Shown: piece by piece, positions 1-23,358 of the stretch
How positions within the stretch are numbered: the stretch's first letter is position 1
Layout: the number at the start of each line of letters is the position of its first letter
DNA from: a virus
IMG/VR virus record: IMGVR_UViG_3300002092_001237
Location: 1-64,000 of that record
Length of the DNA: 64,000 bases
Reading direction: 5' to 3' (one strand)
The notes under the pieces: generated by a model
Told to the model about the DNA's origin: nothing
Databases searched by the model: none
What the model saw: only the letters and a program-made list of their open reading frames with translations
Made by a program: the position numbers and the translations under genes

Positions 1-6008
<6,008 letters not shown>

Positions 6009-6024
6009 CTATTAACTCTCATTA

Positions 6025-6801
<777 letters not shown>

Positions 6802-6831
6802 ATGGCATCCTATAATAATTTGCTATGTAGC

Positions 6832-6870
6832 AAAAGAAATAACGTACCAGTATAAACTGATACGTTATTT
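6832..6870 (-). terminator. Putative intrinsic terminator overlapping a late-promoter box
   Basis: Minus strand AAATAACGTA-TCAG-TTTATA-CTGG-TACGTTATTT followed by CTTTT; about 15-bp stem including one G.U pair; downstream of 6908..11980. Confidence 0.5.
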
Positions 6871-6907
6871 ATTGTCTTTTAAAATATGCTTTCTAAATTA
6901 AGAAATC

Positions 6908-9900
6908 TTAGTACTCACCACCGTCGATGTCAGCATATAGGATATCGTCACCAGCTGAATTAACCTGTAGGATTTTATTTTCATTACCGGACGGTGAAAG
7001 AGCTTGCCATCTAGTTGCAGCATCTACTACTCTACCAACTAATAGTTCACCTTTGTTAACTGAAGTTAATCCAGTACCACCGTATGCTGTAGCAACAGCA
7101 GTCGCTTTCCACGCACCTGCTCCAATATCGCCAACTGTTGTGATACTTGCCTGTCCAACGTAGCTTGTGGAAATATCGATACTATTTTCACCAACAGTTA
7201 TTCTATTACTAGTTCCACCTACTGATAGTACACCGCTAGTTAGAGTTAAACCACCACCTGCGAAGTCGGATTTAACATCTAGATAATTTCCAGTAAATGT
7301 GAACGGAGAGTTATTTCCATCAGTTTGATCGATGTCAATCGAAAGGTCCTGACCGTTTTTCTTAATACCTTTTCCAGCTACAATAGTACCAGCAGCACTA
7401 AATTGTACGAATCTCTGTGCTTCGGAACCTACGGTTATCGGACCGTCGGACCCTAGTACCCAACCTGTGTCTGCCCAAACTGTACCCATCTGTACGAAAG
7501 TGAACATACCACCTTGTACTTCGGCTAATTGATCGGCATCAGGTGATCGGTTCCAACCAGCTAATTTAGCTTTACCAGAACCAGTTAATGGTGTACCGTC
7601 GTATACGAAAATATCACCTAATACACCAGGAACATTGTTAGCCGCATTGGCGTTAGTCCAAGTAGTAGTACCCACAGTGCTGATTACGTATCTATTACCA
7701 GATATAAGACCGGCTACAAGTATTTCGTCTCCCATTGGGGATGGTGCAGAACCAGTCGTACCATACCATATGTATATGCCGTTATCAACGTGATCAGTTG
7801 CTCCAACGTTTGTTGTTGCACCTTGGTTCTTGATTAGAACACGATCACCGGGCGATACTGCTTCACCGTCGATAACAGGTGCAGCTGACACCCATGTTAG
7901 ATCTACGACACCGTAAACGTCAACACCGTTATTGTTAGCTGATGGTATAGGGCCATATTGTGTAGCATATGTAACTGGATCTTTAACAATCAATCCACTT
8001 CTAGCAGCATCAACATATGCTTTAGTAGCAGCATCGTTGTCATCTTGTGGTGTTGCTAGATTTTTAATCAGTGCATTGCTAACCGATACCGAACCTAGAG
8101 CACCGTACGGTACTAGTACGAGGTTGCCATTAGTTTCAACACCAGCACCTTTTCGGTATGTTATAGTATTGTTAGCAAGTTCGATCTTACCAGCAGTCAC
8201 TTGAGTTAACCCGTTGATTGCTGTTATGTCAGCACCACCTAGGTCGATAGTTTGATCACCTAGATTTTGTTTTTGAGTTTCAACATAACCGGCAGTCACA
8301 GTAAACTGATCAGGATTAAAGTTTGCAACACCCTTTTGTGTGCTACTAGTTGCTGCTAATATAGTGACAGCTCCATTGGTCATACTAAATTGTGCAGTTG
8401 GGAAATTAGCAACACCAGTCTGTGTTGCATTAGCAAGTCTCGCTTTAACTGTTATAGTAGTACCACTACCGGTAATACCAATCGCAGAAGTAGCTTTATC
8501 AGCACCAGTTCCGTCAATAAAGCCATTTAAGCGGAGCAAATTATTTTCTGGTGTTATTGTTCCGCCAGTTAATTCTATAGCCTTTAATACACTTCCGTCA
8601 AGCGCGATTTGTCCACCGGTTGTGATATCAAAATCACCAGAGTCGAACGAAGCAACACCTGCTGTCACTGAAGTTGCAAATGGTACTTCGAAATTAAGTT
8701 TTCCAGGATCAGCAGCATTATCATCATATGTGACAGATATGTTGGTTCTAGTACCAAGCATAGCGCCAACGATGTCTTCAACACCTTCAGATTTGAGAGA
8801 AACTAAACCCCCTGCTAGATTAAATTGTAGACTGTTATATGTTGAAACACCAAATCCGCCATCAGTATCAGCAAGTAGATTGTTAATAATGACCGAAGAG
8901 CCAGTTGCTGTTATATTATTTCCTGTACCAGACGTAAATGTTAGCGCACTACTTAATAGATCGATGCTGATCTCACCGCCGGCTAGTGCAGCTTGACCAG
9001 AACCAGTTAATGCTGAACCGTCGTATAAAAAGACAGCACCCAATACACTTGGAACATTATTTGCTGCATTAGCGTTAGTCCAAGTAGTACTACCTACAAC
9101 AGTAATTCGGTATTTCTGACCAGATATAAGGGCAGTTGCAGCTACGTTGGGGGATGGATTAAGATCTCTAACTGTTAATGTAGTGACCGGAGTCGCCCAA
9201 CTAGTAGTACCATCATAATTTGTTGTTAGTACTTGATTAACAGCAGTACCGCGGGTATTTGGTATGGACCACGAATTGTCACCACCATACATTGTGATTA
9301 AACCATTACCATTTGTAGCAAATGTTATGCCACCGTCGGTGTTTGTTGATTTAATATAATTCGGACTTGATGATTCACCGATGCTTAAATTGCTTGTTGT
9401 TATACCAGTTGATAGCTTTTTAAATCCAGTTATAGTAGCACCGAGTGCAGCAGCAGGGTTTGTGCTAACATTATAAGTACCGAACTGGAAAGTGGAATTT
9501 TCTAGCTTTGCGTTTGTTATACTATTATCTTTAATGCTAACAGCACCACCGAGTGCTGGTAAATTTTGTGCCGATATAGTAAAGAAATCACTATCGAAGC
9601 TAGCAACACCGAGCGCATTATTACCAGCTGAGGAATACCCTGCGATATTTGCGTTGACAATAATCGTGTCATCGTTATCACTTAACCGTGTTGTTAAACC
9701 AACACCACCGTTGATTTCTAATGTACCATTTATTAGATCTACGCTACCAACACGATCTGCGAGTGCAGAATCTACGCCACCCTCGTCACCCCTGAACTTT
9801 AATACTGTAGTTGGGGTCGCCCACTTAACACCGCCTTCTACGCTGTTATCTACGATTAATGATTGTCCATTACCACCGGATACGTTTGGTAGTGCGTATG

Positions 9901-11980
9901 CACCGGAAATCCAAACTTTACCGTTGATACCATTACCTGTGAGATATAGACTAGTATTCTGTGTAGTGGTTGTGATAGTTGATTTTTCTCTAACAGTAGC
10001 ACCACTAGCCGCACCAATCTTTAAGTTAGAGAATGATATTGAATTTAAACCAGTAAATTCACTAGCACTCGATCCAAGTTCAACTTGTGTATTACCGATA
10101 CCAATAGTTTTGTTGTCTAATTCAGTATTAGTGATCGAACCAGCAGTTATAGTCACTCGACCGAGTGTTGCATCGTCTAGTGTATCAGTTCCTACTGTAA
10201 AGAATGCAGTATCAAACTTTGCGACACCACGTACAGAAGTACTAGCTGGTGTACCTTTAATCCCTATAGTGACAGCACTACCGGTTTTATTAACCGTAGT
10301 GATAACACCATTTGACCCGTCTAATATAAGTTCGTCTGTACCTACTTTAAACGATTTTACAACTGCACCGTCGTCAGTTATATTAAAACTAGATGCTGGC
10401 GCTCTCCAATATGCTTGACCTGTTGCTTTATTAATAGTTAGTACATCATCAGGTGAAGTTTCTTGAGAGCCACTACCGCGACTATTTGGAAGATACCAAA
10501 CATCGCCGCTAACTGCATTATCAATATAAACATTACCCGTTCCGGATGGTTGTAGTTTAATATTTGTATTAGTACCGGTACCTTTAATCGTACTAAATTC
10601 TCCAGTCGTGTCGTTATTACTAACTCCGATCTGTAAATTACGAATACCAACTGTGTGTAAACCTGTAAGGTCATAAGTTTTAGTTGCATCAGTAGGTGCT
10701 AATGTTAATACCGCATTACCGACATATATCGAGTTAGCTTCAACAAAACCACTACCTGAAACGTCGAAGTGTGTACTGGAAAATCTTGATAGACCTAATG
10801 TAGCAGCAGTTCCGGCACCGGTGTCGGTACCATTCGTGGCTGCATTAATCTTAACAATGCCGGGGGTTGAGAAGCTAAAATAATCTTCACTGAATTTTGC
10901 AACACCAAATGCAGTTCTACTAGCATATGCTCCACTGATATCAATAACGTTTGAAGCATTGCTCCCTGACAATGTTATACCGATACCATTTGTAGTAAAT
11001 GCGAGAGTATTGCTTGACAACCCAATAGCACTACCAGCAACCGTCACATTGTTAATAACTTCAGCAGCTAGAGATACTGTTTCACTAGTGATAGTGAAGA
11101 AGTCATGATCGAATTTAGCGACACCAGCTTTTGGTGTTCCAGCATTATCGAGTGTTGCTGGGCTAACAACAAAATTTAATAGTTTTGATTCATTGCTATA
11201 TGTGACCTCTACGTTAGTTTCGGTGTTGCCGGTGACCATACCGCCGACTGTATCTTTGATATAGTTGTCTTGGATACTAACTTTACCGCGATCAGCATTT
11301 AATGGGGTTGTATTAACAGTAAACTGATTAGGATCAAATTTTGAAACACCGAGGCTTGTAGTTGTTGCCCAAACCCCACTAATAGTCATTGTATTATCTG
11401 CAAATACAGTAGTAATACCACGATCGCCTCTGAAGTTAAAAGAACTATTGTCATCGTTAAGATCGATACCGTCAGCATCAGTAAATGTATCAGCGGTGAC
11501 TCTGAGTGTAGTTGATACTTTTTGCCATTCAACTTTGCCATCTTCGGCATCAGTTATCATTAATACTTGGCCTGCAGCACCGCGAACTCGTGGGAGATAC
11601 CAGCTATCGGTACTATCGTAAATCTGTATATATTTTCCAGGGTTAGCATTAAGTATTAAATTATCTGCTGTTGTAGTTGTTATAGCATTAGTTGATAATT
11701 TTATTTTATCAATGTATAATTCATTGATCTTTTTATTACCATCGACTACTATCGCCGAGCTAGCAGTTAATGTACCCGGTGCTTGATCGAGCATATCGGT
11801 GAAATACTTACCACCAACTTTTACTACATTGCCACCAATACCGATGTATAGTCTATCACCACCGTTATCGATAGTACCTGTTAATCCTGAATATGCTAGT
11901 TCACCAGCTGCAAGCGACCCTGGTGCTCCGCTAGTCGTAGAACGTTTGATCTTAATAGTTGATCCTGCAATGACGGCCAT
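6908..11980 (-). CDS. Long tail fibre / virion structural protein (1690 aa)
   Basis: N-terminal 'IKIKRS...LAAGELAY' fibre motif; repeated 'GVAxFDxxxFTV' and 'WYLPxxRG' units; 'NLATP...DAATKAYVD' motif; C-terminal IDGGEY; GGGAG RBS. Confidence 0.8.
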   Translation of the reverse strand: MAVIAGSTIKIKRSTTSGAPGSLAAGELAYSGLTGTIDNGGDRLYIGIGGNVVKVGGKYFTDMLDQAPGTLTASSAIVVDGNKKINELYIDKIKLSTNAITTTTADNLILNANPGKYIQIYDSTDSWYLPRVRGAAGQVLMITDAEDGKVEWQKVSTTLRVTADTFTDADGIDLNDDNSSFNFRGDRGITTVFADNTMTISGVWATTTSLGVSKFDPNQFTVNTTPLNADRGKVSIQDNYIKDTVGGMVTGNTETNVEVTYSNESKLLNFVVSPATLDNAGTPKAGVAKFDHDFFTITSETVSLAAEVINNVTVAGSAIGLSSNTLAFTTNGIGITLSGSNASNVIDISGAYASRTAFGVAKFSEDYFSFSTPGIVKINAATNGTDTGAGTAATLGLSRFSSTHFDVSGSGFVEANSIYVGNAVLTLAPTDATKTYDLTGLHTVGIRNLQIGVSNNDTTGEFSTIKGTGTNTNIKLQPSGTGNVYIDNAVSGDVWYLPNSRGSGSQETSPDDVLTINKATGQAYWRAPASSFNITDDGAVVKSFKVGTDELILDGSNGVITTVNKTGSAVTIGIKGTPASTSVRGVAKFDTAFFTVGTDTLDDATLGRVTITAGSITNTELDNKTIGIGNTQVELGSSASEFTGLNSISFSNLKIGAASGATVREKSTITTTTQNTSLYLTGNGINGKVWISGAYALPNVSGGNGQSLIVDNSVEGGVKWATPTTVLKFRGDEGGVDSALADRVGSVDLINGTLEINGGVGLTTRLSDNDDTIIVNANIAGYSSAGNNALGVASFDSDFFTISAQNLPALGGAVSIKDNSITNAKLENSTFQFGTYNVSTNPAAALGATITGFKKLSTGITTSNLSIGESSSPNYIKSTNTDGGITFATNGNGLITMYGGDNSWSIPNTRGTAVNQVLTTNYDGTTSWATPVTTLTVRDLNPSPNVAATALISGQKYRITVVGSTTWTNANAANNVPSVLGAVFLYDGSALTGSGQAALAGGEISIDLLSSALTFTSGTGNNITATGSSVIINNLLADTDGGFGVSTYNSLQFNLAGGLVSLKSEGVEDIVGAMLGTRTNISVTYDDNAADPGKLNFEVPFATSVTAGVASFDSGDFDITTGGQIALDGSVLKAIELTGGTITPENNLLRLNGFIDGTGADKATSAIGITGSGTTITVKARLANATQTGVANFPTAQFSMTNGAVTILAATSSTQKGVANFNPDQFTVTAGYVETQKQNLGDQTIDLGGADITAINGLTQVTAGKIELANNTITYRKGAGVETNGNLVLVPYGALGSVSVSNALIKNLATPQDDNDAATKAYVDAARSGLIVKDPVTYATQYGPIPSANNNGVDVYGVVDLTWVSAAPVIDGEAVSPGDRVLIKNQGATTNVGATDHVDNGIYIWYGTTGSAPSPMGDEILVAGLISGNRYVISTVGTTTWTNANAANNVPGVLGDIFVYDGTPLTGSGKAKLAGWNRSPDADQLAEVQGGMFTFVQMGTVWADTGWVLGSDGPITVGSEAQRFVQFSAAGTIVAGKGIKKNGQDLSIDIDQTDGNNSPFTFTGNYLDVKSDFAGGGLTLTSGVLSVGGTSNRITVGENSIDISTSYVGQASITTVGDIGAGAWKATAVATAYGGTGLTSVNKGELLVGRVVDAATRWQALSPSGNENKILQVNSAGDDILYADIDGGEY

Positions 11981-11996
11981 AACTTAATTTCTCCCT

Positions 11997-17150
<5,154 letters not shown>

Positions 17151-17151
17151 T

Positions 17152-17159
17152 TATTTATC
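17152..17159 (-). promoter_or_regulatory. T4-late-like promoter box GATAAATA
   Basis: Intergenic, 4 nt upstream of the GTG at 17147; motif recurs about 16 times upstream of genes. Confidence 0.7.
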
Positions 17160-17182
17160 GTGCCTTTATTTTCAAAAATAAA

Positions 17183-18838
<1,656 letters not shown>

Positions 18839-18858
18839 AGTGCTACCTTATTATAGCA

Positions 18859-18866
18859 TATTTATC
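18859..18866 (-). promoter_or_regulatory. Late promoter box GATAAATA
   Basis: 20 nt upstream of the ATG at 18838, with an AAGG RBS in between. Confidence 0.65.
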
Positions 18867-18874
18867 GATAGGGA

Positions 18875-19201
18875 TTAAGCAGCGCCGACTAGGGGAATTT
18901 TTCTTGGACGACCGCGCTTCTTTTTAATGGGTTCAGCGAACGCACCATTGTCGTCTGTTATCTGATTAATAACTGTACTGGTCTTACCGCCCTGCTGTTT
19001 AGCAAGTTCAAGATCTTGTTGTAGAGGGCTAACAAAAACAGGCTCCGGAGGAAGTGTTCCACCGTTGCCAGCACTGATTACAGGCATACCACCACCCGCA
19101 GGTATAGTGATATTGATAGGAATACTAATAGTGACTCCTTGACCGCCAGCAGTTGCTACTGCTTTACGTCCTGCTTCTGTAATGAATTCTTTTGCTCTCA
19201 T
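18875..19201 (-). CDS. Probable internal head protein; C-terminal AT-hook-like KKRGRPRK
   Basis: Leader MRAKEFITE resembles the T4 IP leader MKTYQEFIAE; KRGRPRK motif visible. Confidence 0.65.
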   Translation of the reverse strand: MRAKEFITEAGRKAVATAGGQGVTISIPINITIPAGGGMPVISAGNGGTLPPEPVFVSPLQQDLELAKQQGGKTSTVINQITDDNGAFAEPIKKKRGRPRKIPLVGAA

Positions 19202-19206
19202 GATTT

Positions 19207-19214
19207 TATTTATC
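19207..19214 (-). promoter_or_regulatory. Late promoter box GATAAATA in leaderless geometry
   Basis: GATAAATA-AAATC-ATG (5-nt spacer, no SD). Confidence 0.7.
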
Positions 19215-19239
19215 TTAACTCCGGGGCCCTATAATAGTA

Positions 19240-20166
19240 TTACGACAGTTCTTTAATAGTAAACGCAAACCATACATCTAGTTTAGTAGCGTTATCAACC
19301 CGGCGCATACAGAGTGTTAGCATATTGCGACTGCTGCCACCGTGTAGACTGGCCGGGCCCTCATCACCTGAAGTATTTTTACCAATAATGACACCGTTGT
19401 GTCTTAGATATGTTCCTGCCGGAACTGTGAATGTATTTCCTTGATTAGATGAGTATTTGTCTTGATACACTCTATACTGGCTATGGACACCAAAAGTAGT
19501 CCAGGCTGGTATAGCAGCACCAGAAATAGTTAGAGGTCCTTCATACCATTCATATATGATAGTACTTTGGTTAGCATTGTTGTTGCCGATTTCATATTCC
19601 ACAATCTTGATTATGTCTGCGGCATCAGCACTACCGTTTTGAAAACTGACCACAGGACGCATGGTGTCATCCATGGTCCAGCCACGGTTAGCATTTGCGG
19701 CATGATTATTAAAAGCATACAAGGTACCAGGATCTTCGTTGACTATTACATTAATAACATTAGTGGTGGATACTGATACTGTACCTGTAATAGATACAGG
19801 CCCAGTAATACCAACGGGACCAGTTATACCAACGGGACCAGTTATACCAACGGGACCAGTGACGCTAACCTGTTGTGTAGTTTGCCAAAATGTTCCAGTC
19901 ACTGATACTGTACCTGTGATAGATACAGGACCAGTAATACCAACGGGACCAGTTATACTAACTGTTCCGGTCTCTGTTAGATATACTGGTATAGACTGTT
20001 CGGCACTATTATTAACTCTGATATTATCTAATATATTAACATCACCAGTTATGGTTATACTATCACTTCCGAGGTTAACACGTATATGCGGAAGTCCATC
20101 TCGATATTCCATCGCATGATGTAAATTGTTTAGATTACGATCGAATGTATCGTGTTGATAAGTCAT
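19240..20166 (-). CDS. Virion structural protein with ITGPV repeats
   Basis: 308-aa ORF with GAGG RBS and TAATG coupling to the upstream gene; (V/I)TGPV(G/S) repeats. Confidence 0.7.
   Translation of the reverse strand: MTYQHDTFDRNLNNLHHAMEYRDGLPHIRVNLGSDSITITGDVNILDNIRVNNSAEQSIPVYLTETGTVSITGPVGITGPVSITGTVSVTGTFWQTTQQVSVTGPVGITGPVGITGPVGITGPVSITGTVSVSTTNVINVIVNEDPGTLYAFNNHAANANRGWTMDDTMRPVVSFQNGSADAADIIKIVEYEIGNNNANQSTIIYEWYEGPLTISGAAIPAWTTFGVHSQYRVYQDKYSSNQGNTFTVPAGTYLRHNGVIIGKNTSGDEGPASLHGGSSRNMLTLCMRRVDNATKLDVWFAFTIKELS
19772..19960. repeat. 18-nt tandem repeats within a duplicated block encoding ITGPVG/VSITG
   Basis: 'ataccaacgggaccagt' occurs three times in tandem and again near 19937; 'actgatactgtacctgt' is duplicated. 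Confidence 0.8.
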
Positions 20167-20537
20167 TAGACACCTCTATCGTTGAGATAATCTATGAACC
20201 TCTTGTGTGTTATCTGCTTATCATTTACAGTGTTATCGAATTCTTGATTTTTATATTCTGGATAAGCACTGGGATCTTTTACACGTATATCATGTGGATG
20301 CTTTGGTCCATTTATACCACCGCCCGCATCAACAGTCACACTATCGATACTTGAATAATGCTCATCTGGTGCAGTGCTATATTTCCCACCCTGTGATACT
20401 AAGTCTATGATCTGTTTGAAATGATTCATATCTGCTGAGGGAGCAGTTGCGATTATTTCTGCTGTAGCGACAGGCTGTGGATCGTCGATGTTATCGATGA
20501 GATCCAATATGTTGCGTATGATGTCTGTTGCTCTCAT
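20166..20537 (-). CDS. Hypothetical protein (possible internal or virion protein)
   Basis: Start revised to MRATDII at 20537, giving an ATGA overlap with the upstream stop. Confidence 0.65.
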   Translation of the reverse strand: MRATDIIRNILDLIDNIDDPQPVATAEIIATAPSADMNHFKQIIDLVSQGGKYSTAPDEHYSSIDSVTVDAGGGINGPKHPHDIRVKDPSAYPEYKNQEFDNTVNDKQITHKRFIDYLNDRGV

Positions 20538-21397
20538 GGTGTTGTTTTCCAAGGACGGTGTGGTTGTAATCCGCCTGTGTTGGCGTTATCGGTTATATCG
20601 TTTCCGCTATACTGTGTTGGCAGTAGTTCTATATCATAATTGTTGTATACTCGATAAAATACAGCACTTGTATTCGGACCAGGTCCAGTAGATGAAGTGA
20701 CAACTGAGCCAGTATTAGTAATTGTAAAATTATTCGTTGAACTATCTTTTAAGAAATTAGTACCGTTGTCTGTGTTTAGTAATAATTCTGTACCAGGTAT
20801 AGCAGTAAATGGGCTTTTCGATGGTGTAAAGTTTCCAGTATATACTGCTCTACCTTTTACAACTCTGAAGTTTGATATGTTGCCTATAAACAGAGCACCA
20901 TTGGCGGCATCTGCACCGATGTTTAATGTACCGTTGCCTATTGTACCTGCTTGAGTATCTGTTGTCACACTGGCAATACCGTTAATATATACCTTAACTG
21001 TGCTTTCACTGCGTACTACCGCAATGTGAGTCCAAGTATTGATAGGAACAGTACTGGTATAGGTTGTTGAGCCAAAGCCGTATAAGTTACTGCTTACTGA
21101 TGTTCCTGACAAAGCAAAAACATATCTATTAGCCGGATCTGGTCCTAAACAAAATAAACTGTGAGAACCTGTTACATTTGTAGGATAATACCAACCTTCA
21201 ACTGTAAAGTTGCCAGTAAAGGTAAATGCCGCATTAGTTACTGACAAGTAATTGCTACCGCTAAACTGTGCGCTACCGAAATTTATAGTACCATCGGCGT
21301 ATAATGAATACCCTTGACGTTTAGCCTGTGCTATATCGAGTTTAGCCTTTTGTCTCGCTTCTTTAGTTGACAGGGTTGATATACCGTTAGCACTCAT
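20534..21397 (-). CDS. LamG/concanavalin-A-like lectin domain virion protein
   Basis: 'FTVEGWYYP','NTWTHIAVVR','VYINGI','FIGNISNFRVVKG'; start revised to MSANGIS. Confidence 0.8.
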   Translation of the reverse strand: MSANGISTLSTKEARQKAKLDIAQAKRQGYSLYADGTINFGSAQFSGSNYLSVTNAAFTFTGNFTVEGWYYPTNVTGSHSLFCLGPDPANRYVFALSGTSVSSNLYGFGSTTYTSTVPINTWTHIAVVRSESTVKVYINGIASVTTDTQAGTIGNGTLNIGADAANGALFIGNISNFRVVKGRAVYTGNFTPSKSPFTAIPGTELLLNTDNGTNFLKDSSTNNFTITNTGSVVTSSTGPGPNTSAVFYRVYNNYDIELLPTQYSGNDITDNANTGGLQPHRPWKTTP

Positions 21398-21398
21398 C

Positions 21399-22304
21399 TT
21401 ATTTTCCTGTCGGTACACAGTTGTCTACTGTCTTACTACCTTTTTTCTTAGTGCCCATACGCTTATACCCGTCCCAACAGGCCTTACCGTCGACACCTTT
21501 TTGCTTAGTGCCTTCGTTGGTCTTCTTATCTTTATCCACTACGTTCTGATAATCCTTAGCAGATTTCTTTAGACCCTGTAGTGCGTCTTGTGCTCGCTCG
21601 TCACCTTTGTTGAGATCTTTACCTGTTGACTTTTTAACAGCACCGGCCATCTTATCCCAAGCACTTTTACGTGCTTCTTTTACAGCCATCGGTCTTGACT
21701 TTGGTGTTTCACCTGGCCATGCTGCTGCCTTTGCCTTTGCTGGATCGTTTCCAACATACTGTAGTTGATATCCTTTAGCACGAGCATGATGTTGCTCATT
21801 GTTCCACTGTTTAGCGAGGAACGGATATATACCGAGATGATTTGGACCAATTACTTTAAAATCATAGATGCCATGATTGTCATCTCCTACCTGTACGATC
21901 CTGGGTTCTGCTAAAGAACGCTGCTCGTTCATACCAGGTTCACGCTCTCCTGTGCTGAGCATGTATTCTGTGACACCAACCATCATACCCTTGGCCTGTG
22001 CTACTTTATCCTGTACCCACTCTGGGAGATTCTGATCATCTCCTAGAGCACTGTTTAACTGCTTACAGGCTCTGACGATCGTATGGAGATTAGTTTTTAC
22101 GCTATCACCTTCCATATCGTATTCACCAGGATCTAGATTCTCATCCATACCAACGGTTTTCTTATGTTTAGGATCCGTCTTCTTTTTCTTGTTAGGAATG
22201 ATTTTCTGCTGATACTTGCGATTCGCTAGACTGGCAGCAGCAGGACTGCGAGTTTTTGGCGGTGTGGGCTTTTTAGCCTCAGTTAAAAGGTCAGTGATCT
22301 TCAT
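21399..22304 (-). CDS. Modular probable internal head protein
   Basis: Leader MKITDLLTE; 'LPEWVQDKVAQA' module; C-terminal 'CWDGY...GTKKKG..VDNCVP' module familiar from large-phage proteins. Confidence 0.65.
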   Translation of the reverse strand: MKITDLLTEAKKPTPPKTRSPAAASLANRKYQQKIIPNKKKKTDPKHKKTVGMDENLDPGEYDMEGDSVKTNLHTIVRACKQLNSALGDDQNLPEWVQDKVAQAKGMMVGVTEYMLSTGEREPGMNEQRSLAEPRIVQVGDDNHGIYDFKVIGPNHLGIYPFLAKQWNNEQHHARAKGYQLQYVGNDPAKAKAAAWPGETPKSRPMAVKEARKSAWDKMAGAVKKSTGKDLNKGDERAQDALQGLKKSAKDYQNVVDKDKKTNEGTKQKGVDGKACWDGYKRMGTKKKGSKTVDNCVPTGK

Positions 22305-22494
22305 AAAGATATTTATCTATATGACGATCTCGTGCCCGCTCTTCTTTCTTTATGCTGGTACGTATCTTCTTAGCCTTGGCTAAAACACGCCTTAATAAAC
22401 TCTTTGTTAGTCCGTTTTGGAAATGTTCTTCACCGATATAGAATACCGCGAGACGCTTTGTCTCGATAGTGCGTAATGGTCTGAATAGGAGCAT
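22291..22494 (-). CDS. Small basic hypothetical protein
   Basis: 67 aa, strong AAGGAG RBS, fills the gap between neighbours. Confidence 0.6.
   Translation of the reverse strand: MLLFRPLRTIETKRLAVFYIGEEHFQNGLTKSLLRRVLAKAKKIRTSIKKEERARDRHIDKYLYEDH
22310..22317 (-). promoter_or_regulatory. Late promoter box GATAAATA in leaderless geometry
   Basis: GATAAATA-TCTTT-ATG(22304). Confidence 0.65.
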
Positions 22495-22512
22495 AATGCT
22501 ACTCCTTGTATG

Positions 22513-23352
22513 TTAGTGTTTTTCGCGTCCTCGACGCATATTAGCCTGCCAATGCGCTAATTGTTTTTTTCGCGGACTAGCAGACTTACTGTGGGTGATT
22601 TTGTCTAACTGAGATAAAGATGCTTTTTTCGGAATACCCTGTCGATGACTGTCTCCTTTATCTTCGGGATGTCTCCCGTCTGCGAAGTTCTCTTCTAGAA
22701 ATGCTAGATAAGATTCTTTTAGAATGATTAACTGCTCTAGTTCCTGGATGCTCTCGCAATTCCATTTACGTAGTGACTTATTGATACGACTGTTTGGATC
22801 ATGTGCTGTCTTAGCACTGGTTCTGCTTTTCTTCATGCCCTTCATGCGGGCGCAGAAACTCTTGCGGCGTTTACTTGCCTTACTACCTTTTTTAAGTTTG
22901 CTTGGCTTAGTAGTGACTGCTGTCTGTAGTTTGCTACCAGGATGCTCCCTGCGATAACTTGCTACACCTTTTTTATTGAGTCCACCTTCGGGATTCTTAC
23001 CAGCCTTGCGTTGCCATGCTGCTGATTCGTCTACTTCTTTTTCTACTTTAGCAAGTTTAGAATAATAGTGTAGATCCTCACCGAGATGATCTAGTGCTAT
23101 CTCTTTAGCCACACTATGCTTATTAGTATGCTCCATCTCGACCTTGACGCCTTTTTTCAGTTCCATCTCGACTGCTAGGATGCTGGTCTTGTATTTCTCT
23201 GCTAGGTCTGCTACTGTTGGAGTTTCTTTATCCAGTAGTTTACCAGTTTCTTCGTTCAATCTATATTCCAAACGTCCACGATAGTCGGTTGGTTTCTTCA
23301 CTGACTCTTTTACTGATTTTGCTTGTGGTTTAGATAGATCTGAGAATCTCAT
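22513..23352 (-). CDS. Modular basic probable internal protein (DUF5661-like plus other phage modules)
   Basis: 'ELKKGVKVEMEH...AKEIALDHL.ED..YYSKL' (DUF5661-like); 'AWQRKAGKNPEGGLN...RRKSFCARM' module; 'ENFADGRHP...HWQANM' module. Confidence 0.65.
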   Translation of the reverse strand: MRFSDLSKPQAKSVKESVKKPTDYRGRLEYRLNEETGKLLDKETPTVADLAEKYKTSILAVEMELKKGVKVEMEHTNKHSVAKEIALDHLGEDLHYYSKLAKVEKEVDESAAWQRKAGKNPEGGLNKKGVASYRREHPGSKLQTAVTTKPSKLKKGSKASKRRKSFCARMKGMKKSRTSAKTAHDPNSRINKSLRKWNCESIQELEQLIILKESYLAFLEENFADGRHPEDKGDSHRQGIPKKASLSQLDKITHSKSASPRKKQLAHWQANMRRGREKH

Positions 23353-23358
23353 GATTGA

